The notes under the pieces: model-generated
What the model was told of the DNA's origin: nothing
Databases searched by the model: none
What the model saw: only the letters and a program-made list of their open reading frames with translations
Part shown: piece by piece, positions 62,775-64,000 of the stretch
Layout: every line of letters begins with the position of its first letter
Numbering within the stretch: the first letter of the stretch is position 1
DNA from: Laetmonice hystrix
Lineage: Eukaryota
Assembly: GCA_965235115.1 (NCBI GenBank)
Contig: OZ249436.1
Coordinates: 50,842,001 to 50,906,000, forward strand
Length of the DNA stretch: 64,000 bases
Reading direction: 5' to 3'
Position numbers and translations under genes: made by a program

Positions 62775-64000
62775 CAGGGTGTCCCAATAAAAAGATAACC
62801 GGGAAAAAATGTATCAACGTTTCTCAATTATAGCATTAATATCAAGTCCATTGTAACGTTATTATGTCGAAGAAAGAGTAACATCCGGGTTTTTATGTGA
62901 CACACAATGCGGTGCAATCCAAACAGGTGCTCTTACATAACAATGATTTTACTTTGACATATTAAAATACAATCTAGGCAGGTGGCTTCAGGCATAAGAA
63001 AGAACAGAGCTCAACCAAGTAAAATTGCCTTACTTGCAAAAATGAAGTGCACACCGATCAAAAACTCTATCCAAATCCTTTATCATAATCTGTTTCTTTT
63101 GTAAAGGTCACTTAGTCTGTCCTAAGCTTATTGTCCTTAAACATGTTTTCCATTCCTATTAACGCAACGCTGAGTACGAGTGTTCATTGCTCTTACTGCG
63201 CCAAGCATCATTTGTCGAGGAGCTTCGACCTAGGCAGTAATCTGGTTTTGTAGATCGTTCAGGTTCCTTGGAGGTGAAATGAAGAATATGTCTTTCAGAA
63301 ACCCTCCAAAAGAAAAAAAATCCAGTTAACTCGGATGAACGAGCAGGCCATTCAACCTAATGATTAAGGGCAATTATGCGATCCTGAAACACGGAGTTTG
63401 TCTTGAACGATGATTCTCCCGTGCGCAGGCGCACCATCTTGCTGTCGAAATGGTTGCTGTTCAAAGTTTTCTGCCATCTGTGGGGCAATATCATCATGAA
63501 TTAAGTCCATGTAGGTTTGTCCATTTACATTGTTTCTGCCATCTGTGGGACAATGTCATCATGAATTAAGTCCATGTAGGTTTGTCCATTTACATTGTTT
63601 CTGCCATCTGTGGGACAATGTCATCATGAATTAAGTCCATGTAGGTTTGTCCGTTTACATTGTTTCTGCCATCTGTGGGACAATGTCATCATGAATTAAG
63701 TCCATGTAGGCTTGTCCTTTTACATTGTTTCGAAAGAAATATGTCCCAAGGAGGATGTCTGTCATCATTCCAGGCAAAAGTAAAATTAGGTGGCTGGCGC
63801 ACTGGGGCATATTCTCGGACATTCTTGTGTATTCGCTTCATCATTCATGTTGAATTCTGCCTCGCCGCCAATGATGAGTTACTTGAACACCCATTCTGGA
63901 CGTTTAAGTAGTTACGTTTATATCTTCGTCGTCGCCAGGAAGTAACTGGTGCATGATTTGCATTTTGTATGGATGCCAACCCAATCTTGTTATTCTGTTG
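62775..64000 (-). pseudogene. Decayed Tc1/mariner-superfamily transposon (maT/DD37D-like transposase), truncated by the window end
   Basis: TIR-like CAGGGTGTCCCAATAAAAAG at 62775. Minus-strand remnants LIIGGEAEFNMN..NVREYAP..QPP, NVKGQAYMDLIHDDIVPQM, FRQQDGAPAH and EWPARSSELT..FF are interrupted by frameshifts and stops. Confidence 0.8.
63468..63730. repeat. 65-bp tandem repeat (about 4 copies) inside the transposase remnant
   Basis: ctgccatctgtgg at 63471, 63536, 63601 and 63666. Confidence 0.9.

Overview
Intron-rich animal (invertebrate-type) genomic DNA, not prokaryotic; the species cannot be determined from the sequence. Six protein-coding genes can be built from homology and splice signals: the first coding exon of a cGMP-dependent protein kinase (PRKG1/PKG, minus strand, followed by an intron of more than 20 kb that runs off the window start), a DPY30-domain/DYDC gene (-), RBM22 (+), germ cell-less GMCL1 (+), TIMM23 (-) and NAF1 (+). 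TIMM23 and NAF1 are head-to-head. Non-coding DNA is dense in non-autonomous DNA transposons (hAT-like with 8-bp TSDs, Tc1/mariner-like with TA, Kolobok/piggyBac-like with TTAA, Harbinger-like hairpins with CWG), minisatellites of 46-65 bp and a decayed Tc1/mariner transposase. Most notable observations: (1) a NAF1 intron made almost entirely of about 18 tandem copies of its own exon end plus 5' splice site; (2) a family of about 155-bp hairpin elements whose arms and loop co-vary between copies; (3) two GC-AG introns; (4) a repeat-expanded NAF1 N-terminus; (5) strong enrichment of the palindrome TAGGCCTA outside housekeeping gene bodies. I found no clear evidence of a wholly new multi-gene system. 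Coordinates were read by eye and may be off by a few bases.
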